NCBI GenBank assembly: GCA_049840735.1
Contig: JASGJN010000013.1
Span: forward strand, 384,001 to 448,000
Direction: 5' to 3'
Length of the DNA: 64,000 nt
DNA from: Anaeromyxobacter sp.
GTDB taxonomy: Bacteria > Myxococcota > Myxococcia > Myxococcales > Anaeromyxobacteraceae
Position numbers and translations under genes: made by a program. The notes under the pieces were generated by a model, which did no database searches, had not been told where the DNA came from, and saw only the letters and a program-made list of their open reading frames with translations. Each line of letters opens with the position of its first letter. Position 1 is the stretch's first letter. This document shows positions 21,675-31,007 of this stretch, piece by piece.

Positions 21675-22675
21675 CCGTCACCCTCAAGAGCGCCACCTTC
21701 CGCACCGAGCGCGAGGGCACCTGGCGCGAGCTGGAGGGGCTGCTCGCGCAGGTGGAGCGCGGCGGCGTGCGCAGCCTGGAGCCGCGCGCGCTGGCGCGCC
21801 TGCCGGTGCTTTACCGCGCCGCCCTCTCCTCGCTCTCCGTGGCGCGGGCCATCTCGCTGGACCGCAACGTGCTCGACTACCTGGAGGCGCTCTGCGGGCG
21901 CGCCTACCTGGTGGTGTACGGCGCCCGGCGCCGGCTCAGCGAGGCGGTGGGGGACTTCTTCGTGCGCCGCTTCCCGGCCGCGGTGCGCGCCCACTGGCCC
22001 CACCTGGCGCTGGCCTTCGGCCTGCTCCTGGCCGGCACCTGGGCCGGCTTCGCCCTGGTGCGCGCCGATCCCGAGCGCTACTACGCCTTCGTCGGCGCCG
22101 GCCTGGCGCAGGGCCGGACGCCCACCGCCAGCACCGAGACGCTCCGCGAGGTGCTCTACCAGCCGCGCGAGACGGCGGAGATGCTGAAGACCTTCGCCAT
22201 GGCGCTCTTCACGCACAACACCAGCGTGGGGCTGGGCGCCTTCGCCCTCGGCTTCGCCGCCGGGCTCCCCACGGTCTGGCTGCTCTTCCAGAACGGCCTG
22301 ATCCTCGGGGCCATGGGGGCGCTGTACCACTCGCGCGGCCTCTCGCCCGACTTCTGGGGCTGGATCCTCCCGCACGGCGTGAGCGAGTTCACCGCCATCG
22401 CGCTTTGCGGCGCGGCCGGGCTGGCCATCGGGCAGGCGCTGGTCTTCCCCGGCCAGGAGGAGCGGCGGGCCGCCCTGGCGCGGCGCGGGCGCGACGCGGG
22501 CGTGCTGGTGGTGGGGGCGGTGGCGCTGTTCCTGGTGGCCGGGCTGATCGAGGGCATCTTCCGGCAGCTGGTCCACGACATGGCCGTGCGCTACACGGTG
22601 GCGGGCGTCACGCTGGTGGGCTGGACGGCCTACTTCGCGCTGGCCGGGCACGCGCGGCGGGAGCGCCGGCCGTGA
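21671..22675 (+). CDS. SpoIIM-like (DUF95) membrane protein
   Basis: LFTHN, NGLILG, ILPHGVSE, AGLIEG. Confidence 0.88.
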   Translation: MTVTLKSATFRTEREGTWRELEGLLAQVERGGVRSLEPRALARLPVLYRAALSSLSVARAISLDRNVLDYLEALCGRAYLVVYGARRRLSEAVGDFFVRRFPAAVRAHWPHLALAFGLLLAGTWAGFALVRADPERYYAFVGAGLAQGRTPTASTETLREVLYQPRETAEMLKTFAMALFTHNTSVGLGAFALGFAAGLPTVWLLFQNGLILGAMGALYHSRGLSPDFWGWILPHGVSEFTAIALCGAAGLAIGQALVFPGQEERRAALARRGRDAGVLVVGAVALFLVAGLIEGIFRQLVHDMAVRYTVAGVTLVGWTAYFALAGHARRERRP

Positions 22676-23556
22676 GCGCCCCCGCCCCGGGCGAGCGCCC
22701 CGAGCGCACCCGCGAGGTGGTCACGCCGGAGGGCGTGCCGCTCCGCTTCGTCGTGGCGGCCGCGGGCGACCGGGTCGGCGCCTTCGCGCTGGACGCGCTG
22801 CTGATCGCGGCGGCCATGCTGGCGCTGGGGCTGCTCATGCTGCTGGCGGCGGCGGCCGGCGCCGAGCTGTCCGCCGACCTGGTCTACGCCATCCTGGTGC
22901 TGGGCTTCTTCCTGGTGCGCATCCCCTACTTCGCCTTCTTCGAGCTGGCCTGGCAGGGGCAGACGCCGGGCAAGCGGAAGGTGGGGATCCGGGTGGTGGA
23001 CGCCGCCGGCGGCTCGCTCACCTCCGAGGCGCTGCTGGTCCGCAACCTGACGCGCGAGGTGGAGGTCTTCCTCCCGCTCACCGCGCTGCTCCTGCCCGGC
23101 CAGGTCATCCCGGGCGCCGCGGGCTTCCTGGTGCTGGGGTCGCTGGTCTGGATGGTGATCTTCGGGTTCCTGCCGCTCTTCAACAAGGATCGGCTGCGGG
23201 TGGGCGACCTGGTGGCGGGCACGCTGGTGATCCGCTCGCCGGTGCCGCGGCTGCTGGAGGACCTCGCGGTGGCGCGGGCCCGCGAGGCCGTCCCCTTCAC
23301 CGACGAGCAGCTGGACGTCTACGGCGTCTACGAGCTGCAGGTGCTGGAGGACGTGCTGCGCAACCGCGACGCGCCCGGCCACCTGGCCGCGGTGCAGACC
23401 GTCTCGATGAAGGTGCGGGCCAAGATCGGCTGGCAGGGCCCTGCGCCGAGCTCGGACGAGGCGTTCCTGGAGGCGTTCTACGCCGCCCTGCGCGGCCGGC
23501 TGGAGCGGCGCCTGCTCTTCGGCAAGCGCCGCGAGTCGAAGCACGATCGGGCCTGA
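22672..23556 (+). CDS. RDD family protein
   Basis: TPEGVPL, RVGAFALD, GQTPGKR, RVGDLVAGTLV. Confidence 0.92.
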   Translation: MSAPAPGERPERTREVVTPEGVPLRFVVAAAGDRVGAFALDALLIAAAMLALGLLMLLAAAAGAELSADLVYAILVLGFFLVRIPYFAFFELAWQGQTPGKRKVGIRVVDAAGGSLTSEALLVRNLTREVEVFLPLTALLLPGQVIPGAAGFLVLGSLVWMVIFGFLPLFNKDRLRVGDLVAGTLVIRSPVPRLLEDLAVARAREAVPFTDEQLDVYGVYELQVLEDVLRNRDAPGHLAAVQTVSMKVRAKIGWQGPAPSSDEAFLEAFYAALRGRLERRLLFGKRRESKHDRA

Positions 23557-23577
23557 CGGGACCGGGGCCGAACACGG

Positions 23578-23625
23578 CCGTTCGCCCTGAGCGTAGCGGC
23601 GCGCAGCGCCGCGGAGTCGAAGGGC
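23578..23625. repeat. Structured palindromic intergenic repeat, copy 1
   Basis: CCGTTC-GCCC-TGAGCGTA-GCGGCGC-GCA-GCGCCGC-GGAGTCGAA-GGGC; second copy at 39625. Confidence 0.85.
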
Positions 23626-23662
23626 GCCCCTCCCCCTGCTTCGCGGCTCCGCGCGGCTGCCC

Positions 23663-24190
23663 CTACAGCTTCACCTGCACCTCGTAGCGGCGGTTCTGGG
23701 CCTTCTTGGCGGCGGTGTCGTCCGGCTTCACCCGCGGGCGCTCGGAGCCCATCCCCACCGCCTTGATCTCGTCCCGCGAGATGCCCTGCTTCACCAGCTC
23801 GCGGACCATCACCTCGGCCCGGTCGCCGGAGAGCTTCTTGTTGTGCGCGGCCGAGCCGGAGCTGTCGGTGTGGCCGGAGACCACGAAGGTGAAGTTCTTC
23901 ACCCCCGCCCCGCTCAGCTTCTTCTTGGCGTCCACCAGGGCCGAGGCCAGGCGCTGCACCTTGGGGCCGCAGCCGGGCTCGAGCACGTCCGAGTCGGACT
24001 TGAAGCTGCACTGGTTCTTGCGGCTCTCCTCGAGCAGCCGCTTGTTGATCTCCTTCTCCAGCACCGAGACGCTCGACTTGCCGGCCACGCCCTTGGCGAC
24101 GTCCCAGGGCGACTCCGGGCGGGCGGCGGCGGGAGCCAGCGCGAGGGCGAGGGCGAGGGCGGCGGGGACCAGGGCGGCGTTCAGGGTCAT
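23663..24190 (-). CDS. OmpA-like peptidoglycan-binding exported protein
   Basis: Signal peptide, FKSDS, GHTDSSG..HNKKLS.DRA, GMGSERP, NRRYE. Confidence 0.9.
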   Translation of the reverse strand: MTLNAALVPAALALALALAPAAARPESPWDVAKGVAGKSSVSVLEKEINKRLLEESRKNQCSFKSDSDVLEPGCGPKVQRLASALVDAKKKLSGAGVKNFTFVVSGHTDSSGSAAHNKKLSGDRAEVMVRELVKQGISRDEIKAVGMGSERPRVKPDDTAAKKAQNRRYEVQVKL

Positions 24191-24276
24191 GGAGCTCCTC
24201 CAGGGGGTTCGACCCAGGGTGCACCCTGGGGCCGGGGTGTGCAAGCGCTCAGCGGCAGCCACGTTCGTCGCCGCCG

Positions 24277-25483
24277 TCAAGCCTGGGCCTGGCCCGGCAC
24301 CATGCCCAGCCAGAGCTGGAGGGCCCGGCCGCTCAGCGCGAAGGGCGCCAGCGTGACGCCGTGGCCGTCGCCCTCGGGCCAGCAGAGGAGCACGCGCGCG
24401 TGGAAGGGCGCGGCGCCCTCCTGCTGCGGCAGGAGGTGGACCAGGCTGCCCTCGGCCAGCGGCGCCGGGCCGCGCAGGAAGAGCTGGTTGGGGCCGAAGC
24501 CGGCCACCTCGTAGGCGTGCTCGCCCACCCGGAACCGCAGCCGGTCCCGGGCGCTCCAGCGCGGATCGACGCGCGGCTCGCGCTCCAGCAGCGCGGGCTC
24601 GGGCGGCGGGACCGGGCGCTCGAAGGCGGCCACGAAGGCGGGCAGCGCGCTGATGGCGCGCCCCACCGCCTCGGCGTGCCGCGTCGGAGAGGGCGCGCGC
24701 CGAGGCCGCCGCGGCCGCCAGCTGGGCGCGGTCGAAGAGCGAGGCCACGATGGGATCGACGGCCCGCACCACGTCCACCAGGGCCGGGTGCTCGGCGCCC
24801 TCGCTGGTGGGCGCGTGGTGGAACTGGATGGCGTCGCGGACGGTGCGCGGCAGCGACCACTTCACCGCCAGCACGACGCCCAGCGCCACGTGGTGCCGGT
24901 CCACCACCGCCTCCCAGAACCGGGCCGGCAGCGGGCGCGACGGCCGGCGGGCGCCGGCGGCGATCCGCTCGATGGCGCCGATGGCCACCACCCGGCCGAA
25001 GTCGTGGAGGAGCCCGCAGGTGAAGGCGTCGTCGGCGGGGAGGCCGCGGGCGCGGGCCAGCTCGCGGCAGAGCACCGCCGAGGCCAGCGCGTCCTGCCAG
25101 GTCCGGCGGCGGAGCGGGGCCAGCGGGCCGGCGGCCAGCGCGGCCGCGCCCAGCCCGGAGGCCAGCGCGATCCGCGACAGCCCCTCGGCCCCCACGCGCG
25201 TGAGCGCCTGCGAGATGGAGCTGACCGGGGCGGAGCGGGCGAAGACGGCGGCCTGCGCGGCGCGCAGCAGATCGGCCGACAGCACCTGGTCGGAGGCGAC
25301 CAGCTTGCCCAGCTCGTCCAGGCCGAAGTCGCCGGCCCGGACCAGCTCGGCGATGCGCAGGGCCACGGCCGGATAGGGCGGCAGCTCGAGCGCGCCGCCG
25401 GCGATGGCCTGGGCCATGGCCTCGTCGAGCTCGGCCTCCAGCCCGGCCCCGCGTGCGCTCGCCTCGTCCACCCGTCCCTCCAC
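24277..25483 (-). CDS. HDOD domain protein with small C-terminal beta domain, frameshift near 24680
   Basis: LPPYP.VA, SDQVLSADLLR, AFTCGLLHDFG, WSLP, FHH. Confidence 0.85.
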
Positions 25484-25522
25484 CGCCGCGTCCGCCCGCC
25501 GGACCTCCCGCGGTGGCTCGCC

Positions 25523-26339
25523 CTAGCACGCCCGGTGGGCCGGGAGGCCCCGCCCGGCCCGGCGCGGGTCCCAGCCCAAGCTCGGCCAGCCCCACGGCGA
25601 CCTGCTCCCACCAGCGCTCGAACCCGGGCCAGCCCAGCGCCTCGTAGTGGAGTGGGCCAGGGTGGGGCCGCAGCCCCGGCGCGAGCGGCGAGGCCCGCCG
25701 GAACCGCTCCACCTCCACCCCGAAGGCTGCCAGCACCTGCCGCTGGCTGCGGTGGCAGGCCAGCATGCGCTGCTTGGCCGCGCGCTCCGCCGGCGCCAGC
25801 GGGTGGGTCCAGGCGCGGCCCCCGCCGGGCAGGAACGCGTGGGTGACCAGCCGGCCGCCGCGCCGGTGGTAGCAGGCCATCTCGGCCAGCCGCGGCGGCG
25901 CCCGCCCCCGGCGCGCCAGCAGGAGGCCCGCGGCCCGGGCCACCACCGCCGCGGCGTCGTGGTCGGGGTGCCCGCCCTCCAGCGGGTGCGTGAGCAGCAC
26001 GCGCGGCCGGGCCTGGGCGAGCCACGCCGCCAGCGCGCGGGCCAGCGGCGCCACCGCGCCGGCGGCCTCCTGGTCCACCCCGCCCAGCTCCAGCCGGTCG
26101 GCCGGCCCGAGCCCGGCCACCGCCAGCGCGGCCAGCGCCTCGGCGCGGCGCACGGCGGCCGCTTCGTCCCGATCCCCCGGGAGCGCCGGGCGCAGCCCCG
26201 GGTCCCGCGGGGCGCCGTCGGTGAGCTGGACCACCGCCAGGCGCCGGCCGGAGAGGAGGAGGCTGGCGGCGCCGATGACCTCGTCGTCCGGGTGGGCGGC
26301 CAGCAGGGCCAGGTCGAGGGGAGGCGCCACGCCGCTCAC
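25523..26339 (-). CDS. PIG-L/LmbE family deacetylase (3' end uncertain)
   Basis: AAHPDDE, TDGAP, RRAEA, EGGHPDHD, HRSQ; nearest TAG (25523) is out of frame, probably another indel. Confidence 0.85.
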
Positions 26340-26424
26340 GTTGCGCCCGCGGGCGGCGCCGCGCGCGCCGGGCTTTCGCCTGGCGCCCCCCGTGCGCAGC
26401 GTGTAGCGCTCAGGAGGACGACAC

Positions 26425-27027
26425 ATGGCCAATCGGGTCTCCAGCACCACCACCGACCACGACACCATCCGGCAGTGGGCCGAGGCGCGCGGCGGCCAGC
26501 CGGCCCAGGTGGCCAGCACCGCCCGCGGCGGGAAGGCCGGCATCATCCGCATCGACTTCCCGGGCTACAGCGGCGCGGGCAAGCTCGCAGGCCCATCTCC
26601 TGGGACGAGTGGTTCCAGAAGTTCGACGACGCGGAGCTGGCGCTGGTCTACGAGGAGAGCACCGCCGCGGGCGAGCGCTCCAGCTTCAACAAGCTGGTGG
26701 GGCGCGAGAACCGCCAGGGCGCGCGAGCAGGGCGTGAAGGCCAGCCGGCGCACCCTGCGCTCGGGCTCCGGCCGCGCCCGCCCCGCCGCCCGCAGCGGCT
26801 CGGGCCGGCGCGAGGCGTCGCGCGCGGTGGCGGCCCGGACCACCCGCGCCGGGCGGACCAGCCGGACCAGCAGCGCCAAGCGCGGCAGCACCTCACGCGC
26901 CGGCACCAGCGCGCGGGGCCGCAAGAGCGCGGGCCGGAGCGCGTCGTCCGCCGGCGGCCGCAAGGGCGCCAGCCGCAAGAGCACCGGCCGGACCAGCAGC
27001 CGCAAGGGCCGCCGCAGCAAGTCGTGA
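26425..27027 (+). CDS. Small globular domain plus Arg/Ser/Lys-rich histone-like tail; two compensating frameshifts near 26590 and 26710
   Basis: AGGAGG RBS; TTTDHDTIRQWAEARGG.P, IRIDFPG; alternative frame gives ISWDEWFQKFDDAELALVYEE..FNKLVGR. Confidence 0.75.
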   Translation: MANRVSSTTTDHDTIRQWAEARGGQPAQVASTARGGKAGIIRIDFPGYSGAGKLAGPSPGTSGSRSSTTRSWRWSTRRAPPRASAPASTSWWGARTARAREQGVKASRRTLRSGSGRARPAARSGSGRREASRAVAARTTRAGRTSRTSSAKRGSTSRAGTSARGRKSAGRSASSAGGRKGASRKSTGRTSSRKGRRSKS

Positions 27028-27078
27028 GCTGGGGACCTCACTCGCGCCGCAGCCTCTCCCGAGGCGGAGGCCTGCCCC

Positions 27079-27962
27079 TCACCCGTACCGCCGCACCATC
27101 CGCGCGCAGAACCCGGCGAACTCCGCCGGGTCCTGCGGCGGGCTGGTGTGGTGCGGGCGCAGGCCGCGGTGCTCCGGGGTGAAGCAGAAGGTCACCGTCA
27201 CCTGGAACGGCTCCAGCGCCTGCATCTGCCGGTCGAACCAGGCCTCCCAGCCCGGCCGGAACGAGTCCGCCCAGGAGAGGCCGGTCCGCAGCTGGCGCAC
27301 GCCCAGCTCCTTCAGCCAGCGCACGCCGGCCTCGAGGCGCGGGTCCTCGAAGTGGAACCACTGGCAGATGCCCAGCCCGGGCGTGAAGCGCGGGAACTCG
27401 CGCAGCGCCGGCTTGGGAGTGCCGTCCTCGCGGATCAGCCCATGTAGAAGTGCCGGTAGTAGGACGACCCCTCCGCCTCCTGGTGACGGGTGGTGGCCGG
27501 CCAGGCCCGCGGCAGGTCGAAGAGGCTGTACCAGTGGACGCGCGGCGCCCGCCCCAGCACCAGCTCCGCGGTCCGCGCGAGCCCCCAGGCCTGCACCTCC
27601 TCGGCGCCGAAGCTGGAGACGCCCACCTCGCTGATCCAGACCGGCAGCGAGGTGGCGGCGGTGATCTCGGCCAGGCGCGCCGGCCACTCGTGGATCTGCC
27701 AGTGGTTCCAGTCGAGCGGGAAGCCGTGGACCGCCACCGCGTCCACCGCCGCCAGCGCGCCCTGCTGCTCCAGCAGCTTGATGAAGGAGGCGTCGATGGG
27801 CGAGGTGCCGCCCAGCACGCGGGTCAGGCCGGGGCGCTCCGCCTTCACCGCCGCGCCGGCCAGACGCACCAGCTCGGAGAAGCGGACCCAGCCCTGGTCG
27901 AGCTGGAAGTCCCAGTGCGAGAGGTTGTTGGGCTCGTTCCAGAGCATCACCGAGTCGATCAC
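27079..27962 (-). CDS. Clan GH-A glycoside hydrolase (beta-xylosidase-like), frameshift near 27440
   Basis: WNEPNN acid/base motif, HGFP, WISEVG nucleophile motif, LRTGLSWAD. Confidence 0.8.
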
Positions 27963-28723
27963 GGCCGGCCTCCGGCAGGCGCGGCGGGGAAGACCGGAGC
28001 CGCCGCGGGGTCCTGCGCCGAGGCGCGGCACAGGTAGACCTCGGTGTGCGGCAGCGGCGCGGGGGAGAAGCCGGCCGAGCGGAGCATGGCCTCCACGCAG
28101 GGGCGGTTCGGGACCCACCAGTTGGTGGCGTCGTGGGCGTACTGCCGCTCGACGAAGTGGAGCTTGGGCCAGGCCGGGTGGTCGAAGACCTCGCGCTCCT
28201 CGAAGGGATAGTCGGGCGCCGGCGTGAACCGCCCCTGCGAGCCGCGGATCATGCTCTGGAAGACCAGCAGGTCGCGGACCGCGTGCGCGCGCAGGAGGTC
28301 CAGCGCCAGCAGCGGGTGGCGCAGGTGGTAGAGCACGCCCATGAACAGCACCACGTCGAAGGCCTCGCCCAGCGCGGCCACGTCGTAGACCGAGAGCTGC
28401 CGCAGCTCCAGCTCCAGGCCGGCCACCTCCGCCGCCAACCGCGCCTGGGCCAGGTAGCGCGGGTCGGAGTCGATCCCCACCACCCGATCGGCCCCGCGCC
28501 GCTTCAGCTCCAGCGAGAAGAAGCCGGCGTTGCACCCCACGTCCAGCACCGTCCGGCCCCGCAGGTCCTGCGGCAGCGCCGGCGCGATGGCCCGCCAGAC
28601 CATGCCCGGGTAGTCGCCCAGGAAGTGATCGGGCGCGGTCGGCACCCCGCCCAGCTCCATGGCGTGGAACCAGGGGCCCAGCTCCGCCACCCGGCTGGCG
28701 ATCTCCTCTCGCGAAAGGCTCAC
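27959..28723 (-). CDS. TIGR04290-family SAM-dependent methyltransferase
   Basis: LGPWFH, APDHFLGDYP, VLDVGCNAG, GVLYHLRHP, NWWVPN. Confidence 0.88.
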   Translation of the reverse strand: MSLSREEIASRVAELGPWFHAMELGGVPTAPDHFLGDYPGMVWRAIAPALPQDLRGRTVLDVGCNAGFFSLELKRRGADRVVGIDSDPRYLAQARLAAEVAGLELELRQLSVYDVAALGEAFDVVLFMGVLYHLRHPLLALDLLRAHAVRDLLVFQSMIRGSQGRFTPAPDYPFEEREVFDHPAWPKLHFVERQYAHDATNWWVPNRPCVEAMLRSAGFSPAPLPHTEVYLCRASAQDPAAAPVFPAAPAGGRP

Positions 28724-29499
28724 CGCGCCTCCTCCCCCTCGGCGCGCTCGCGCGCGTCGAGCTGGCCGGCGCGCACGGCCTGCTCCCGCAGGAGCCGCAG
28801 CGCCTCGTGGTACCCGTGCAGCGTCCCCACGTCCACGTACGCCTCCCCCGCCCGGACGCCGCTGGCGCTGCCGCCCGCCGCCAGCCAGGCGTCCACCAGC
28901 GTGCCCACGTAGACGTCCTGGCCGCCCCGCGCGGCGTGGAGCGCCTGCCACTCGGCCAGGATGGCCCCCGTGAGCTTGAAGCCGCCCCAGACCCAGCGCG
29001 TGGACGGGTCGGGCACCTTGACCTGGAGGCCGCGCACCTCGCCGCCCGGCCCGGTCTCCACCGCGTCGAACAGCTCGGGGTGCGCCACCGGGAAGAGCAG
29101 GAAGGAGAGGCCCGGCCCCAGCGCGCGGAAGCCGTCCACCGGGAACCAGACCGTGTCCGGCAGCCCCACCAGCACCTCGTCCTGCGGCGCGATGAAGGGG
29201 AGCGCCCGCAGCAGCGCGTCCACCAGCCCGGCCGGCCGCTCCTGCACCACGTAGCAGATGTGCGCCGCGCCCACGCTCCCGCCGTAGTACTCGACGATGT
29301 CCGACTTGCCCGGCGAGATCACGAAGCAGAGCCGGTCCACGCCGGCCCGCAGCATCCGCTCCACCAGGTACTCCGAGACCGCCCGCGGCCGCTCCGTGCC
29401 GTCCACCCAGCGGCTCCCCACCGGCAGGAGCTCCTTGGAGAAGGCCAGCGGCTGGATCCGGCTCCCCGCGCCGGCCGCCGGCACGATGCCCCACCTCAC
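28720..29499 (-). CDS. Sugar-phosphate nucleotidyltransferase
   Basis: PAAGAGSRIQP..SKELLP, GLPD, YVDVGT. Confidence 0.9.
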   Translation of the reverse strand: MRWGIVPAAGAGSRIQPLAFSKELLPVGSRWVDGTERPRAVSEYLVERMLRAGVDRLCFVISPGKSDIVEYYGGSVGAAHICYVVQERPAGLVDALLRALPFIAPQDEVLVGLPDTVWFPVDGFRALGPGLSFLLFPVAHPELFDAVETGPGGEVRGLQVKVPDPSTRWVWGGFKLTGAILAEWQALHAARGGQDVYVGTLVDAWLAAGGSASGVRAGEAYVDVGTLHGYHEALRLLREQAVRAGQLDARERAEGEEAR

Positions 29500-30595
29500 G
29501 CCGCGCCTCCGGCCGCGGGGGCCTCCGCCGCGCCCGCCGAAGCCTGGCAGGCGGTCACCAGCTGCCCGACCCGCGCCGCCGCGGTGTGCTCGGCCAGCGT
29601 CCGCTCGCGGGCGCGGGCGCCCATCCGCGCCAGCGACGCCGGCGACCGGGCCAGCGCCGCCAGGACGTCCTCCGTCGTGCGCGCCACCAGGATCTCCTCG
29701 TCCGGCGTGAAGAACTGCGGGAGGCCCTCGAACCAGTCGGTCAGGACCGGCACGCCGCAGGCGGCCGCCTCGAAGAGGCGCGCCGAGGGGCAGGCGCCCA
29801 GCGCCGCCATCTCCGGCCGCGTCACCGAGAGCGTCAGCGGCGAGGAGCAGAAGAAGGCGGGGTGGAGCGCCGGCTCGAGGTGGCGCACGTAGCGGACGTT
29901 GGCGCGCCAGGGGAAGTCGGCCCCGTACTGCGCGCCGGCCAGCACGAAGGTGCGGTCCGGGCGGCGCGCCGCCGGCGCCAGGAACAGCGCCTCCAGCGCC
30001 GCCTGCCGGGAGGCCGCCCAGGTGCCCAGGTAGGAGAGGTCGCCGGTGAAGGCCACCAGCGGCGCCGCCGGGCGGTGCACCTCCGGATCCACCCAGCCGT
30101 GCAGCGCCTCCACCCGCCGCGCCCCCAGGCGGTCGCGCAGCAGCGCCAGCGCGCCCCCTCCGCTGTAGCTCAGCACGAGGTCGAAGCCCGCCAGCCCCTC
30201 CGGCCCCAGCCACTCGACCGGGCGCCCGCGCTCCAGCCGCTCCAGCGTCGCGCCGGGATCGAGATCGTAGAAGGCCTTCACCTGGGCGCGGGAGGCCAGG
30301 ACCCGCGCGACGGCGGCCGGGCCGTCCGGGCAGAAGGAGGTGACCATGGCCACGTCGGCCCCGCCGAGCGCCCGCTCCACGCGGCCGGCGACCGTCTCCA
30401 GGCCCCGGTGCAGCACCAGCTCGCCGGCGGGCAGCTCGGTGAGATCGCGGTGGGCTGCGTACCACGGCTGGTCGCGCTCGAAGAAGGTGAGCCGGTGGCC
30501 GGCGCGGGCCAGCGCCGTGGCGAGCCCCCGCCACAGCGTGGCGTGGCCGTTCCCCAGGAGGAGCTGACCGCCAGTCCGAAGACGACGAACCGCAT
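29496..30595 (-). CDS. CgeB-family glycosyltransferase, frameshift near 30552
   Basis: FGLAVSSSWGNGHATLWRG (restored), FFERD, SYLGT, PSARLFEAAACG. Confidence 0.88.
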
Positions 30596-31007
30596 GTGCC
30601 CCCGCCGCCCGGGACCCGTAGCCCCCCGCCCGCGCGGCGGGCGTCCTGATGGAAGCTAGGTCGGCGGCGGGGGGCGGCGGGAGCCCCGCCCAGGCGGGGG
30701 CGCACCGGGCGTGGAACAGCGCCGCCCCACCGGCCAGGGATCCGGTGGGGCGGCTCGGAGACCACCGCCCCGCCCGCCAGGGATGGGAGGGGCGGCCGGG
30801 GTCCTGCGGCGCGCAGCGCACGGGGAGTCGCTGGCGCGCGTGCCAGGCCAGGATGCGAGCGGCGTGCCGCCCGGTGCGGGCCTCGGACGGCAGGCGGAAC
30901 GCCGGGTTCGGCAGGGCCGCGCGAGCGCCCTGGCTCCGGGGGCGCGCAGGGCGCGCAGGAGGCTGCCGGGGAAGCGGGCAGCGGAGGCCGGGCGCTGGCG
31001 CGGACGC

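Noticed and set aside
23663..25483. HDOD-OmpA fusion of 606 aa
   Set aside because: Created by the indel near 24680; the OmpA gene has its own RBS (GGAGGAG), ATG 24190 and signal peptide
30596..31007. Gene or riboswitch in the 410-bp gap
   Set aside because: Only low-complexity ORFs; a TGGCACG near 30840 has wrong -24/-12 spacing; no recognisable RNA motif
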